From Nitrospirota bacterium (lineage in GTDB: Bacteria; Nitrospirota; Thermodesulfovibrionia; Thermodesulfovibrionales; Dissulfurispiraceae): DNA of 64,000 bases. The notes below the pieces were generated by a model. The model saw nothing but the letters and a program-made list of their open reading frames with translations, did not search any database and was not told the origin of the DNA. Shown here piece after piece: positions 30,870 through 41,419 of this stretch. How positions within the stretch are numbered: position 1 is the first letter of the stretch; each line of letters starts with the position of its first letter. The position numbers were made by a program, and so were the translations under genes. The stretch spans positions 320,001 through 384,000 of the forward strand of contig CAVPZX010000005.1 of the NCBI GenBank assembly GCA_963710375.1. Direction: 5' to 3'.

Positions 30870-32024
30870 CTATAACCCTATTGCCATTTTGCTTTCTTCC
30901 CTCGCCCATCTGTCGGCTTCAAGGATAACGGCAATATCATCGGCAGGCTGTATTTTATGGGATTCCATCACTCTTTTTATTATAGCAGGAATTTTGTTAA
31001 AGCCTATCATACCGTCCAGGAATGCCCTAACAGCGATCTCGTTGGAGGCATTCAGCACTGCCGGCAACGTGCCGCCTTCCTGCAGGGCTGCATAGGCAAA
31101 TGAAAGACAGGCAAACGTCGCAGTATCCGGTTTTTGGAAGGTGAGACCGGGCAGTCTCTCCCACGCGAGGGGTTGCAGGACCGAGCCCAGCCTTTCCGGA
31201 TAGGAAAGGGCATAGGCAATCGGTCCTCTCATGTCCGGCTGAGAAAGTTGGGCCATGTAGCTGCCGTCAGCAAACTCAACAATGGAATGTATGATACTTT
31301 GGGGATGGATAAGCACATCTATTTTATCGAGGGGCAGACCGAAGAGATAAAAGGCCTCGATCACTTCAAGCCCCTTGTTCATGAGGGTGGCTGAATCTAT
31401 GGATATTTTCTGACCCATACTCCAGTTCGGATGTTTCAGCGCGCTGTCAGGTGAAGCAGTTTCTAGCTCCTCTCTCGTCTTGCCGATAAACGGCCCCCCG
31501 GATGCGGTGAGTATTATTTTTTTGACAGAGCTTTTTTCATATCCCTGCATGCACTGGAAGATAGCGCTGTGCTCGCTGTCAACCGGCAGGAGAGTTGTCC
31601 CGTGGACGCGGACCTCTGAAAGCGCAAGGTCGCCGGCCATCACGAGGGTCTCTTTGTTTGCCAGCGCCACTGTCTTTCCCGATCTTATCGCGGCTAGAGT
31701 GGGCAGGAGGCCTGCGGCTCCCACAATAGCGGATATCACAATGTCCGCCTCCGGCATTGAGGCCGTGCTGCTTATACCGTCAATTCCGAAGCGTATCTCG
31801 GGAGCACTATGCCGCCCCAACGACTCACGGAGATCCCAATAGGTCTTCTCATCAGAGACCGCAACTATTTCGGGATGAAACAGATGGATTTGTTCCATGA
31901 GCAGCGCAGCGTTCCTGCCGGCGGTCAAGCCTATAACACTGAAACGGTCGGGAAACTTCGCGATGATATCGAGCGAGTTTTTCCCTATTGAGCCTGTTGA
32001 ACCGAGGATAACTATTTTTTTCAT
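30870..32024 (-). CDS. dxr: 1-deoxy-D-xylulose 5-phosphate reductoisomerase
   Basis: GSTGSIG, LANKE, PVDSEH and NKGLE. Confidence 0.97.
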   Translation of the reverse strand: MKKIVILGSTGSIGKNSLDIIAKFPDRFSVIGLTAGRNAALLMEQIHLFHPEIVAVSDEKTYWDLRESLGRHSAPEIRFGIDGISSTASMPEADIVISAIVGAAGLLPTLAAIRSGKTVALANKETLVMAGDLALSEVRVHGTTLLPVDSEHSAIFQCMQGYEKSSVKKIILTASGGPFIGKTREELETASPDSALKHPNWSMGQKISIDSATLMNKGLEVIEAFYLFGLPLDKIDVLIHPQSIIHSIVEFADGSYMAQLSQPDMRGPIAYALSYPERLGSVLQPLAWERLPGLTFQKPDTATFACLSFAYAALQEGGTLPAVLNASNEIAVRAFLDGMIGFNKIPAIIKRVMESHKIQPADDIAVILEADRWAREESKMAIGL

Positions 32025-32830
32025 AAAAGGAGCGTCATCCAGTATAGGACAGGTCCTGCAAAGAGTGCCCCATCTATTTTGTCAAGTAATCCCCCGTGAC
32101 CCGGGATGATCGAGCCGGAATCTTTAATGTTTGCATCCCGCTTGAACATGGATTCGACGAGGTCTCCGGCAATGGTCACCGTCCCGATCACCCCCCCCAT
32201 TACAAAAAGCTGAAACATTCCCTTATGGTCTAACAGCAGGGCTCCTAGAATGAGCGATGCAATGACGCCTCCGGCAACGGAACCGACAGCCCCGGCTATG
32301 GTCTTGTTCGGGCTGACCGCACTATAAAGTTTTCTTTCCCCTATGCCCTTGCCCACATAGTAAGCCATGCTATCGGAAGCATAAACGCACCCGTACAAAA
32401 ATAAAATCCATTCGTACCCCTCTAACCTCAAATACCACTGGGCCATTAAAAGGTTGGGAATATAAAAGATGCCGACGACAGCCGGCGCAATGTCTTTTAA
32501 CGATGACAGAGGACCGCTTTTCGTAAAGAGCCTTACCAGCGCAATGAGCATAAATGTCAGTATAAAGGCACATGTCTGTGAGCTCATGTGAGAGTACGCC
32601 ACTCCTGGAAAGTTCACCGGAATCAAGGGTGCGCATAGCGTTAAAATGCCGCCAAGCATTCCGCTCAGAGAGAGCAATCTGTTTGTTTTGTACATGGAAT
32701 AAAATTCGGCCTGAGCAATGACGCTTACCAGGACCAGGAGGAAAAGGAAGTAAGTCGTGGAGAGTTTTGTAATATAAAAGTAGAACAGGGGCAGCGCAAT
32801 GAGTGCAACAATGACTCTTTTCAGGTGCAT
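32021..32830 (-). CDS. cdsA: Phosphatidate cytidylyltransferase
   Basis: SPNKT, GDL.ES..KR and KDSG..PGHGG.LD; start reassigned to ATG 32830. Confidence 0.95.
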   Translation of the reverse strand: MHLKRVIVALIALPLFYFYITKLSTTYFLFLLVLVSVIAQAEFYSMYKTNRLLSLSGMLGGILTLCAPLIPVNFPGVAYSHMSSQTCAFILTFMLIALVRLFTKSGPLSSLKDIAPAVVGIFYIPNLLMAQWYLRLEGYEWILFLYGCVYASDSMAYYVGKGIGERKLYSAVSPNKTIAGAVGSVAGGVIASLILGALLLDHKGMFQLFVMGGVIGTVTIAGDLVESMFKRDANIKDSGSIIPGHGGLLDKIDGALFAGPVLYWMTLLL

Positions 32831-32834
32831 AGTG

Positions 32835-33590
32835 TCAAACATCCCACGTGCCGGGCATTCCTGGAAATCTTTCAGCAAAGAGATTCCTCGAGTTCTCCAC
32901 CTTGCCAAAGCGTCTGCTCCTTGTCCGGTATTCATGAATTGCATCGAGCAGTTCCTCCCTTGTGAAGTCAGGCCACAATGTATCGGTGAAATAGAATTCC
33001 GAATACGCCGACTGCCAAAGGAGAAAGTTGCTTAAGCGCTGTTCCCCGCTGGTCCTGATGATGAGGTCCGGGTCAGGGATTCCGGCTGTATCCAGCAGTC
33101 CGGCAATATAGTCTTCGGTGATTTCGTCCTGCCTGGCGCCCATTGCGACAGCTTTTTTTACGGCCCTTATGATTTCATCTCTTCCGCCGTAGCTTAGGGC
33201 GCACTGCAGAATAAGATTGCTGTTGTTTCTGGTCTCTTGTTCCACTACCTCGACAAAAGCCCTGATAGTCTCGGGGAGTTTGTCACGGTTACCGACAATC
33301 CTGAGACGCACGCCCTCTTTCATGAAACTTTCGAATTCTTTTTTCAGTGTGGATTCAAGGAGTTGCATGATGACAGCGACCTCTTCCTCCGGCCGCATCC
33401 AGTTCTCTATGGAAAAGGCATATAGAGAGAGGACCTCCACTCCAACTTCTTTTACCGCCTCCACTATTTCGTGCACCCTTTCGACGCCCCGCTTGTGGCC
33501 TTCAGACCGCGGCAGTCCTCTCAGCTCCGCCCATCTGCCGTTACCGTCCATGATGATGCCTATGTGTTTAGGCATTTCTTTTCCCTCCAA
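32835..33590 (-). CDS. uppS: Undecaprenyl diphosphate synthase
   Basis: IMDGNGRWA, FS.ENW and IRTSGEQRLSNFLLWQ. Confidence 0.96.
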   Translation of the reverse strand: MEGKEMPKHIGIIMDGNGRWAELRGLPRSEGHKRGVERVHEIVEAVKEVGVEVLSLYAFSIENWMRPEEEVAVIMQLLESTLKKEFESFMKEGVRLRIVGNRDKLPETIRAFVEVVEQETRNNSNLILQCALSYGGRDEIIRAVKKAVAMGARQDEITEDYIAGLLDTAGIPDPDLIIRTSGEQRLSNFLLWQSAYSEFYFTDTLWPDFTREELLDAIHEYRTRSRRFGKVENSRNLFAERFPGMPGTWDV

Positions 33591-33619
33591 ATACGCCTCT
33601 CCAGCCCCACATCAGGAAC

Positions 33620-35323
33620 TCAGCGCCCCTTGAGCGAATATATATATAGTGAGGAACCGAAGGGATTTTCTCCCTTGAATACCTTCATTACTCCGCTGCT
33701 GATGGTAGACCCTGACAGAACTATCAGCCGGTCTCCTACTACGTCATAATCAAGCAAGTCTCCGCCTGCATTTTCAAGAAAATTCCTCTCCTCAATCGTA
33801 GAGCCGTTCCACCATAAGCCCTTTATCGAAGATCCCCAATATCCGAGTCCTCTTGCCATACCAAAGAGCGGTTGGCGTTTCGGCGCAAGAAGTTCATTGT
33901 TGGAGATCAGCAGCCTGTCTTTTACAGACCATTTCCCCCTATCGACAACCATATCCGTACCCGCTTTGTCAAAGGTTGTCGAGAAGCCACCGAAATCCTC
34001 TTTTCCCACCCATAGACGGATGCCATCGCTATTATATATGTGTAAAAAGCCCTTTTCGTCCCATGCAGCAACTGACTGCTTCCCCTCGGGTGACTTGAAA
34101 AGCTGGAAGTCGTAAATATTGACGCCGTCAGGAAGCTTGAGAATCTTTCCCTTTTGAAAGGTGTTGCCTTTAAGGTTAAAAAAGTAAACAGGCCCATCGT
34201 AACCGTCGCCTTTACTGAAGTCCTGTGCGATTGCCTGGTTGCCGATCTTCCTTAAAAACTTGTCTTTTATTTTAAACAACGGCACATAAGATGAATCCTT
34301 AAATTCATAAATAAATGAAACTACCTCGTCTCCGCGCAAGGCGGTAATGAGTATCTCGTCTTTGCCGTCTTTATTAATATCCAGAGTGTCCATCCAGATA
34401 ATCTCGTTGGCGGGAACACTAAATTCTTCTAGAGCTTTAAGATCCACTCCTTGCCTGTAAATTCGTATCTCGTTGCCGTAAGCGAGCGCTATCTCCATGT
34501 CGCCATTGCCTGCCAGATCGCCTGTCGCCAAGCGGTCTGCCTTAAATGGCAAATGAAAAGAGACCAGTATTTCTCCCTCCCTGGGTATGAAAAGGCCTGA
34601 CCTGAGTCTCAGGTCTTTAACGCTGCTTACGTCTGCTTTAACCTCTTTTGCCGCAAACTCCTTGCTGTCCGCAACCCAAAAAAGCTTCTGTTTGAATGTC
34701 ACCTCACCTGCCGAGGTTTCAGAGGTCAATACCAATGCTGCATCAGCGCCTTTGGTTTTTGCATCGGCCAATATTTTGGCAATATCAGTAGTCTCATTAT
34801 CCGTATCAATTAGTTCAAAACGATGCGATTCTTTAAGCATCTGGTAGTAAGCGTCGCCAAAAGACCAATCTATATCACCCTGGTAAAACAGCATTCTGAC
34901 TTTGGTAGCCGGAATCTTGAGTCTTGCGTCTGCAAAATGCGCAGGGTCGCCCTTAAGAATAACTGCTGAAGCACCGCGTTCCGTAACCGAGGTGACTTCA
35001 ACGGCTCCTAACGGGAGTTCTATTTTTCCGAGCGGCTCTTTGGTTACCGGGTGAATAAATGTCGCGCCTTCTTTGAAAGCGGCAAACCGCATGCCCTTTT
35101 TCACGGATTCCTGGGACCCGGGTTCGATTTTCACCACGTTACCTTTAACAGAGACAACCTTTCCTGCAACAGGGTTGAAGTAAGAGATAGTCTGGTCCAT
35201 CAATAGTTTCAGCGCGGCATCCGCTTCGTTCTGAACAGCGTCTTGCCCGCTAAAGCCGGGTTGTGCAAAAAGAAGCAAAAGAGATAATGATAAGAGCACG
35301 GTCGCCCCTATTTTTTGGACCAT
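33620..35323 (-). CDS. Exported hypothetical protein with FG-GAP/VCBS-like motifs
   Basis: Signal peptide; GDLAGNGDMEI and DINKDGKDEI motifs. Confidence 0.75.
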   Translation of the reverse strand: MVQKIGATVLLSLSLLLLFAQPGFSGQDAVQNEADAALKLLMDQTISYFNPVAGKVVSVKGNVVKIEPGSQESVKKGMRFAAFKEGATFIHPVTKEPLGKIELPLGAVEVTSVTERGASAVILKGDPAHFADARLKIPATKVRMLFYQGDIDWSFGDAYYQMLKESHRFELIDTDNETTDIAKILADAKTKGADAALVLTSETSAGEVTFKQKLFWVADSKEFAAKEVKADVSSVKDLRLRSGLFIPREGEILVSFHLPFKADRLATGDLAGNGDMEIALAYGNEIRIYRQGVDLKALEEFSVPANEIIWMDTLDINKDGKDEILITALRGDEVVSFIYEFKDSSYVPLFKIKDKFLRKIGNQAIAQDFSKGDGYDGPVYFFNLKGNTFQKGKILKLPDGVNIYDFQLFKSPEGKQSVAAWDEKGFLHIYNSDGIRLWVGKEDFGGFSTTFDKAGTDMVVDRGKWSVKDRLLISNNELLAPKRQPLFGMARGLGYWGSSIKGLWWNGSTIEERNFLENAGGDLLDYDVVGDRLIVLSGSTISSGVMKVFKGENPFGSSLYIYSLKGR

Positions 35324-35442
35324 TAAATTAATCCTCCGGATTTTAGATGGATTGCAGTACGGGATGCCATTTTTTTATCGCACATTCAGTATAAAACAGT
35401 TTAAAATATAGGCTATTGAGAAGTCAAAGCCACTACCACAAA

Positions 35443-35544
35443 GTGAAAGGTGAATGGTGAATAGTGAATAGTGAACGGCTCAAGGCAAAACACAAAAAAA
35501 TCTTTAGCTTTTAACCATTCACTATTCACTATTCACCTTTCACC
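35443..35544. repeat. 7-bp periodic hairpin (GTGAAWR units) with conserved loop, copy 2
   Basis: Same arms and loop (cggctcaaggcaaaa...aaaaatctttagcttttaac) as 3625-3760. Confidence 0.92.
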
Positions 35545-35591
35545 TTCCATAATCTTGACTAATAAGGGCGGCAAAGGGTTAAATATAAGAT

Positions 35592-36347
35592 ATGGTAAAA
35601 ATCAAGACGTTAGCTTTTTTTATACTTATCATTGTTCTCACTGCGGCGGTTAGCGGGTGTGGCGGGAAGCAAGTTACGAAAGATGAAGACTTCAATTCGG
35701 AGAAATTTCTGGCCAAGGCAAATACACTTATTGATAAAGGTGAGTATGATGAGGCACGAAAGTTATTGCTTGAGGTAAAGAACAGGGACATAACAAAACA
35801 GTATGCTCCACTCGCGCAGTTGAGGATTGCCGATTCATATATAAGGGACAGCGACCCGGACCACGGGATCGAGGAATACAGAAAATTTCTTGATCTCTAT
35901 CCCGATAACCAGCGGGCATCATTTGCCCAGTACCAGATTGCCATGGCTTACTTCTCACAGATTGAAGGCGCTGACAGGGGGCTCAGCGCTGCACAGAAGG
36001 CCCTGCATGAATTTATCCGCTTAAAAGAAGTGTATCCGCGGAATCCTTACAGGGATATTATAGAACTTAGGGTCCAGAAGTGCAGGAAGGTCATAGCGGA
36101 AGGCGAGTTTATTGTCGGAGAATTCTACTATAAAAAGGAATCATATAAACCGGCAATAGACAGGTTTGAGCATCTGCTCAAGCAATTCCCCGATTATGAC
36201 GGGACCGATAAAACACTTCTTTTTTTAGGTAAATCATACAAGGCCATTAAAATGGTAGACAAGGCACGGGAGGAATTTAAAACACTCATCGAAAAGTATC
36301 CATCGAGCAGGTTTGTTAAAGAAGCCAGGAAGGGCCTCCAGGGTTAG
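35592..36347 (+). CDS. bamD: Outer membrane assembly lipoprotein BamD
   Basis: Lipobox VSGC, TPRs, F...YP and E..VG.FY. Confidence 0.9.
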   Translation: MVKIKTLAFFILIIVLTAAVSGCGGKQVTKDEDFNSEKFLAKANTLIDKGEYDEARKLLLEVKNRDITKQYAPLAQLRIADSYIRDSDPDHGIEEYRKFLDLYPDNQRASFAQYQIAMAYFSQIEGADRGLSAAQKALHEFIRLKEVYPRNPYRDIIELRVQKCRKVIAEGEFIVGEFYYKKESYKPAIDRFEHLLKQFPDYDGTDKTLLFLGKSYKAIKMVDKAREEFKTLIEKYPSSRFVKEARKGLQG

Positions 36348-36354
36348 CAGCACG

Positions 36355-37011
36355 GTGGATCATCATTACTATCCTGCCTTTATAGATCTGAGAGGGAAAC
36401 ATTGTATTGTTGTCGGTGGCGGAAAAGTAGCTGAAAGAAAGGTTGCCGCTCTGCTTCGTTCAGGGGCCAAGGTCACCGTGATAAGCCCTATTGTAACCGG
36501 TGTGCTTGCAGATCATTGCGAGAGTAAGCGCATAAAACATATAAAAAGGAAGTACCGGAAGGGTGACCTTGAAGATGCTTTTATTGTTATTGCCGCTGCA
36601 TCCGACAGGAGGGTAAACCAGGAGGTTTCCCTTGATGCGCCGTTCCTTTTGAACGTAGTCGATGCTCCTGAGCTGGCCAACTTTATTGTGCCTTCAGTTG
36701 TAAAAAGGGGACCACTGGCCCTCGCTGTGTCTACATCCGGCTCCAGCCCTGCGCTCGCAAAAAGTATCAGAAAGGAGCTGGAAGTGTTCTACGGTAAACA
36801 GTTTGGTCTATTCGTAGATTTCCTGGGGAAGCAGCGGAAAAAGACACTCATTAATATTGCGGACGATGGTATAAGAGAACGTCTTATGAAACAAATCGCC
36901 ACGCCTGAGATGCTCGGGCTGCTCAGAAAAGAGGGGTTTAAGACTACGAGGAACCTAATCTTGAAAATAATAAAAGGGCAAAGGTCGAATACTGCAAAAT
37001 GCTCAAGGTAG
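36355..37011 (+). CDS. Precorrin-2 dehydrogenase/sirohydrochlorin ferrochelatase (CysG N-terminal/SirC)
   Basis: YP.F.DL, VVGGGKVA.RK, NVVD.P and STSG.SP; start placed at GTG 36355. Confidence 0.92.
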   Translation: MDHHYYPAFIDLRGKHCIVVGGGKVAERKVAALLRSGAKVTVISPIVTGVLADHCESKRIKHIKRKYRKGDLEDAFIVIAAASDRRVNQEVSLDAPFLLNVVDAPELANFIVPSVVKRGPLALAVSTSGSSPALAKSIRKELEVFYGKQFGLFVDFLGKQRKKTLINIADDGIRERLMKQIATPEMLGLLRKEGFKTTRNLILKIIKGQRSNTAKCSR

Positions 37012-37922
37012 GAGTAATAGGAGTAGGGTACCTGGGACAGCACCATGCCCGTATTTTTGCAGAACTCGAGGATGTCAGGATGGTTGCCGTTGCCGACACG
37101 GACGGAGAGCGGGCCGGTGAGGTTGCGGTAAAGTACGGGTGCAAAGCATATACCGATTATCGGAAACTACTTGACGAAGTGGATGCTGTGAGCATTGTCA
37201 CTCCTACTACACTTCATTATGCGGTGGCAATGGATTGTATAATGGCCGGCAAGGATGTCCTCATCGAAAAGCCTATTACTGCCACGATAGAGGAAGCAGA
37301 CCGGCTCATTGCAGCATCCGACAAGACAGGAATGCTTATCCAGGTGGGTCATCTGGAGCGGTTTAATCCGGTTGTGCCAGCGCTGTACCCCTTACTGGAT
37401 TCTCCGTCATTTATCGAAGCGGAGCGCTTGTCTCCATTTCAGGGGAGAGGGATTGATGTGGATATTACTCTTGACCTTATGATCCATGATATTGACGTGG
37501 TGCTTTCAATAATGGGCGAAAGCGTTGTGAAAGATGTGAAAGCTGCGGGCGCAAAGTTTATTACTGATACAATCGACATGGCAAAGGTCTGGCTTGAGTT
37601 TTCTAACGGCGCCCATGCACTGCTTGCGGCAAGCAGGATGGCATCCGACAAATCGAGGAAGCTCACTGTTTTTCAAAAGGATTCATATCTTGTAATGGAC
37701 TACCAGCAAATGGAGATAAAAAAATTTTTCAGGCGGGGAGATGAGATTGTGAGCGATTCCATTTCGATTGAGAAGAGGGAGCCGCTCAAAGAGGAGCTGA
37801 AAGATTTTGTGAAATGTGTCGGCAACAGGAGCAGGCCGGCTGTATGCGCCATAAAAGGGCGCAATGCCTTAAAGATTGCTCTTGAGGCAGGGGCACAGAT
37901 AAAACAGGGGTGGCAACGTTAA
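36999..37922 (+). CDS. Gfo/Idh/MocA oxidoreductase (GnnA-like)
   Basis: G.GYLG..H, EKP, GHLERFNP and DLMIHD; upstream of lpxB. Confidence 0.85.
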   Translation: MLKVGVIGVGYLGQHHARIFAELEDVRMVAVADTDGERAGEVAVKYGCKAYTDYRKLLDEVDAVSIVTPTTLHYAVAMDCIMAGKDVLIEKPITATIEEADRLIAASDKTGMLIQVGHLERFNPVVPALYPLLDSPSFIEAERLSPFQGRGIDVDITLDLMIHDIDVVLSIMGESVVKDVKAAGAKFITDTIDMAKVWLEFSNGAHALLAASRMASDKSRKLTVFQKDSYLVMDYQQMEIKKFFRRGDEIVSDSISIEKREPLKEELKDFVKCVGNRSRPAVCAIKGRNALKIALEAGAQIKQGWQR

Positions 37923-39019
37923 TGAAACCTATGATTGATTTAAAAAAACAGTACCTGGGGGTCAAAGATGAAATCCTCCATACGGTAAATGAAATACTCG
38001 AGAGCTCACAATACATACTGGGCAAAAAAGTTTCTGAGCTTGAGACTGAGGTCAGGAGCTACCACGGGGTGAAGGAGGCTATCGGCGTTGCTTCCGGCAC
38101 AGATGCCCTCCACCTTTCATTGAAGTCTCTTGGAGTGGGGCCCGGAGATGAGGTCATCACAAGTCCCTTTACTTTTTTTGCCACTGTTGAGGCGATTTTA
38201 TACACCGGCGCAAAGCCGGTTTTCGCCGATATCGAGGCAGATACATACAATATTAATCCGTCGCTCATAGAGAAAAAAATAACGAAACATACGAAGGCAA
38301 TTCTACCGGTCCATATCTTCGGACATCCTGCCGGTATGGAAGAAATTATGGAGATTGCTGAAGGCAGCGGACTGAAGGTGGTGGAAGATTGCGCCCAGTC
38401 TTTCGGCGCTTCATTGAACGGCAGAAGAACAGGAAGCTTTGGTGATGCCGGATGTTTCAGCTTCTATCCGAGCAAAAATCTTGGCGCCTTCGGAGACGGA
38501 GGGATGATTGTCCTGAACAACGCGGAAGCCGCCGGTACAATAAGGATTTTGAGGAACCACGGCTCCAAGGGCGGCTACCGGCATGAGTGTCTCGGCTACA
38601 ATAGCAGGCTTGACGAAATACAGGCAGGAATTCTTCTTATCAAGTTGAGGAAGATCGACGAGTACAACAGCAGGAGGCGCGAGAACGCTTATCTCTATAA
38701 CCGGTTGCTTGCCGGCAGCGTTGTCTGCCCTGTAGAGCGGCCAGGCGCATTACATGTATACCACCAGTATACGATCAGGAGTGGGCGGCGGGACCATATC
38801 CAGCAGCGGTTGAAGGAGCAGGGGACCGCATCTGTCGTCTATTACCCCATACCTCTACATATGCAGAAGGCCCTGGAATTTTTGGGCCACGGTGAAGGAA
38901 GTTTTCCTGTGGCAGAGCAGGTTTCAAAGGAAGTACTCTCGCTGCCCATGTATCCGGAGCTTGATGCCGCGGATATACACCATGCCGCAGACATAATCCT
39001 CGCATGCTTGAAAGAATAA
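37922..39019 (+). CDS. DegT/DnrJ aminotransferase (GnnB-like)
   Basis: SGTDAL, EDCAQ, SFYPSKNLG and NSRLDE. Confidence 0.88.
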   Translation: MKPMIDLKKQYLGVKDEILHTVNEILESSQYILGKKVSELETEVRSYHGVKEAIGVASGTDALHLSLKSLGVGPGDEVITSPFTFFATVEAILYTGAKPVFADIEADTYNINPSLIEKKITKHTKAILPVHIFGHPAGMEEIMEIAEGSGLKVVEDCAQSFGASLNGRRTGSFGDAGCFSFYPSKNLGAFGDGGMIVLNNAEAAGTIRILRNHGSKGGYRHECLGYNSRLDEIQAGILLIKLRKIDEYNSRRRENAYLYNRLLAGSVVCPVERPGALHVYHQYTIRSGRRDHIQQRLKEQGTASVVYYPIPLHMQKALEFLGHGEGSFPVAEQVSKEVLSLPMYPELDAADIHHAADIILACLKE

Positions 39020-40167
39020 TGATAATCGCAGGCGAAAGCTCCGGAGAATTATACGGGGCCCTGCTTGCGAAGATGCTCCTGTCTCGCAATCCGGGGCTGC
39101 GCATCTCAGGTGTCGGCGGAGAGAGAATGGAGTCCGCAGGTGTGGAACTCATATCGGTAATATCGAGTTCTTTCGGCCTTATTGAAGCGATCAGGACATT
39201 CGGTAAAATTAAAAAGACGTTTAAGAAGATAGTTGCCGCATTAACATCTTTTGCCCCTCAGGTGGTTGTGCTGATAGATTATCCGGATTTCAACATTCCT
39301 GTTGCCCGTGAAGCCAAAAGACGGGGGATAAAAGTACTTTATTATGTGAGCCCCCAAGTCTGGGCATGGAGAATCGGGAGGGTTGCGACCATCGGCAAAC
39401 TTGTTGATGCAATGGCGGTAATACTCCCTTTCGAGGCGGAGCTGTACCGGAGTACAGGTATCCCATGCGAATTCGTGGGACACCCGGTAATGGATGAGAT
39501 TGCCGGGGTGGCAGGAAATTCAGATTCAATAAAGGCGGAACTTGGGCTGCAGCCTGACCGGCCGGTTATGGCATTGATGCCTGGGAGCAGGCCGCACGAG
39601 GTGCAAAAACTGCTGCCGTTAATGGCAGCCGCCGCCGCTGCAATGAAAGAGCGTTCCCCCGAATATCAGTTCGTGATGCCGGTTGCGCCGAATCTGGGCA
39701 CTGAAGCCTTATCTGTGATGACCAATGAATTAAAGGAATTTGATCCTCACTCATTAGTCATCACTGACCAGGCGGTTAAAGCACTCCTTTCCGCTGACAT
39801 CGCCCTCATTGCATCCGGCACAGCTACATTGCAGGCAGCGCTTTTGGGCGTACCCATGGTGGTCCTGTACAAGTTGTCTGCCTTTACATACTTTGTGGGT
39901 AAGCTTGTCGTCAAAGTGAATTATGTTTCCCTGGCAAATATTCTTCTCGATAAATCGGTCCGGGATGACTCAGGGCTGAGGATCAGGGAATTATTGCAGG
40001 GAGCGGCAAATAAAAAAAATATTATGGAGGAGCTTGTACATCTGTCGGATAGTCAGGAATATAGAAATGCCATGATTTCACAAATGGAAAAGGTGAGGGC
40101 GTTTTTCCTTAACAGAAATGCGTCGCTGAGAGTTGCCGAAATGGTTGAACAGTTATCCAATGTTTAA
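39004..40167 (+). CDS. lpxB: Lipid-A-disaccharide synthase
   Basis: AGE.SG, IDYPDFN, SPQVWAWR, PGSR and SGTATL. Confidence 0.95.
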   Translation: MLERIMIIAGESSGELYGALLAKMLLSRNPGLRISGVGGERMESAGVELISVISSSFGLIEAIRTFGKIKKTFKKIVAALTSFAPQVVVLIDYPDFNIPVAREAKRRGIKVLYYVSPQVWAWRIGRVATIGKLVDAMAVILPFEAELYRSTGIPCEFVGHPVMDEIAGVAGNSDSIKAELGLQPDRPVMALMPGSRPHEVQKLLPLMAAAAAAMKERSPEYQFVMPVAPNLGTEALSVMTNELKEFDPHSLVITDQAVKALLSADIALIASGTATLQAALLGVPMVVLYKLSAFTYFVGKLVVKVNYVSLANILLDKSVRDDSGLRIRELLQGAANKKNIMEELVHLSDSQEYRNAMISQMEKVRAFFLNRNASLRVAEMVEQLSNV

Positions 40168-41419
40168 TTCTTTATATAGCGCTTTCTATGCTGCGGCACT
40201 GGCCTTCCTGCTCCCACTGGAATATTTAAAGCGATCATCTGAATTTCGGAAGCGATGGCTGAGGGAACGCTTCGGCCTTTATAAGGGGAATAGGTTTAAC
40301 GGCCGGCCTATCTGGATCCACGCAGTTTCAGTTGGAGAAGTCATTGCAACCGTCCCGCTTATCGAAAAGATTAAACAGAGACATCCTTCACTTGAAATTC
40401 TCATTTCAACGGTTACCGACACCGGGCAGCAGGTTGCCCTGGAGCGGGCAGGGGCTTATGCTCGAATTATTTATGTGCCTTTTGACCTGCCTTTCGCTAT
40501 TAAGAATGCCCTGCATCATATCCGGCCGTCTGCCTTTATCATAATGGAGACAGAGTTGTGGCCCAATGTTATCAGGATTATGAAAGATAGCGATGTTCCT
40601 GTGATACTGATGAACGGCAGATTGTCCGAACGTTCATATAATGGTTATAAAAAACTCGATTTCTTTATCGGAAAAGTTCTCCTGAACATCAGTCTTCTCT
40701 GCGTGCAGGATGATATCTACGCCGGGCGATTCGGGAATCTTGGCGCGTTACCTGAGCGGATAAAGATCATCGGCAGTTTCAAGTTTGATACACGGCCCTC
40801 TTCAGATATTCCGGAATGGACTGAAGCACTCCGCGGTCCTGTTATAATTGCAGGAAGCACGCACGAGACCGAAGAGGAACTGGTGCTCGATGCCTATATA
40901 CGGTTAAAAGCTTACGAGCCCGGCCTTAATCTTATTATTGCTCCAAGACATCCCGGGCGTTTCAGGACTGTGGAGGAACTGGTAAAGAAAAAGGGCCTGC
41001 AATATGTGAAGCGATCGGAGTTCGCAAATAGTCAGGACTCTCAGGCTTCCGGGCTCGTCGTCATCCTCGACGTTATCGGGGAGTTGTCTGCCCTGTATGG
41101 CGCTGCCGATATTGCGGTCATGGGGGGGAGTTTTATCGAACACGGGGGTCAGAATCCTCTGGAGCCGGCGTTCTGGGGAAAAGCTATTGTATGCGGCCCC
41201 CATATGGAAAACTTTCCTTTTATGGAGGAGTTTTATTCGTGTAGAGGAGCGGTCAGGGCAGAAGGCCCCCGACTTTATAATGTCCTGAAAGAGCTGCTCG
41301 ATTCACCCGAACAAATGCGGAGTATGGGAAGCATTGCAAAGAAACTCTACGAGAAGAACTCAGGCGCTACAGAAAGGGCAATGGAACTAATAGAAAAATA
41401 TATAGGCAATGGGCAATAG
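40160..41419 (+). CDS. waaA: Kdo transferase
   Basis: W.HAVSVGE, ETELWPN, APRHP and GGQNPLEP. Confidence 0.95.
   Translation: MFNSLYSAFYAAALAFLLPLEYLKRSSEFRKRWLRERFGLYKGNRFNGRPIWIHAVSVGEVIATVPLIEKIKQRHPSLEILISTVTDTGQQVALERAGAYARIIYVPFDLPFAIKNALHHIRPSAFIIMETELWPNVIRIMKDSDVPVILMNGRLSERSYNGYKKLDFFIGKVLLNISLLCVQDDIYAGRFGNLGALPERIKIIGSFKFDTRPSSDIPEWTEALRGPVIIAGSTHETEEELVLDAYIRLKAYEPGLNLIIAPRHPGRFRTVEELVKKKGLQYVKRSEFANSQDSQASGLVVILDVIGELSALYGAADIAVMGGSFIEHGGQNPLEPAFWGKAIVCGPHMENFPFMEEFYSCRGAVRAEGPRLYNVLKELLDSPEQMRSMGSIAKKLYEKNSGATERAMELIEKYIGNGQ

Noticed and set aside
35471..35653. Short ORFs starting in or crossing hairpins and MITEs (also 17050-17259, 44645-44867, 62742-62936)
   Set aside because: Low-complexity translations of repeat arms without RBS or motif support.
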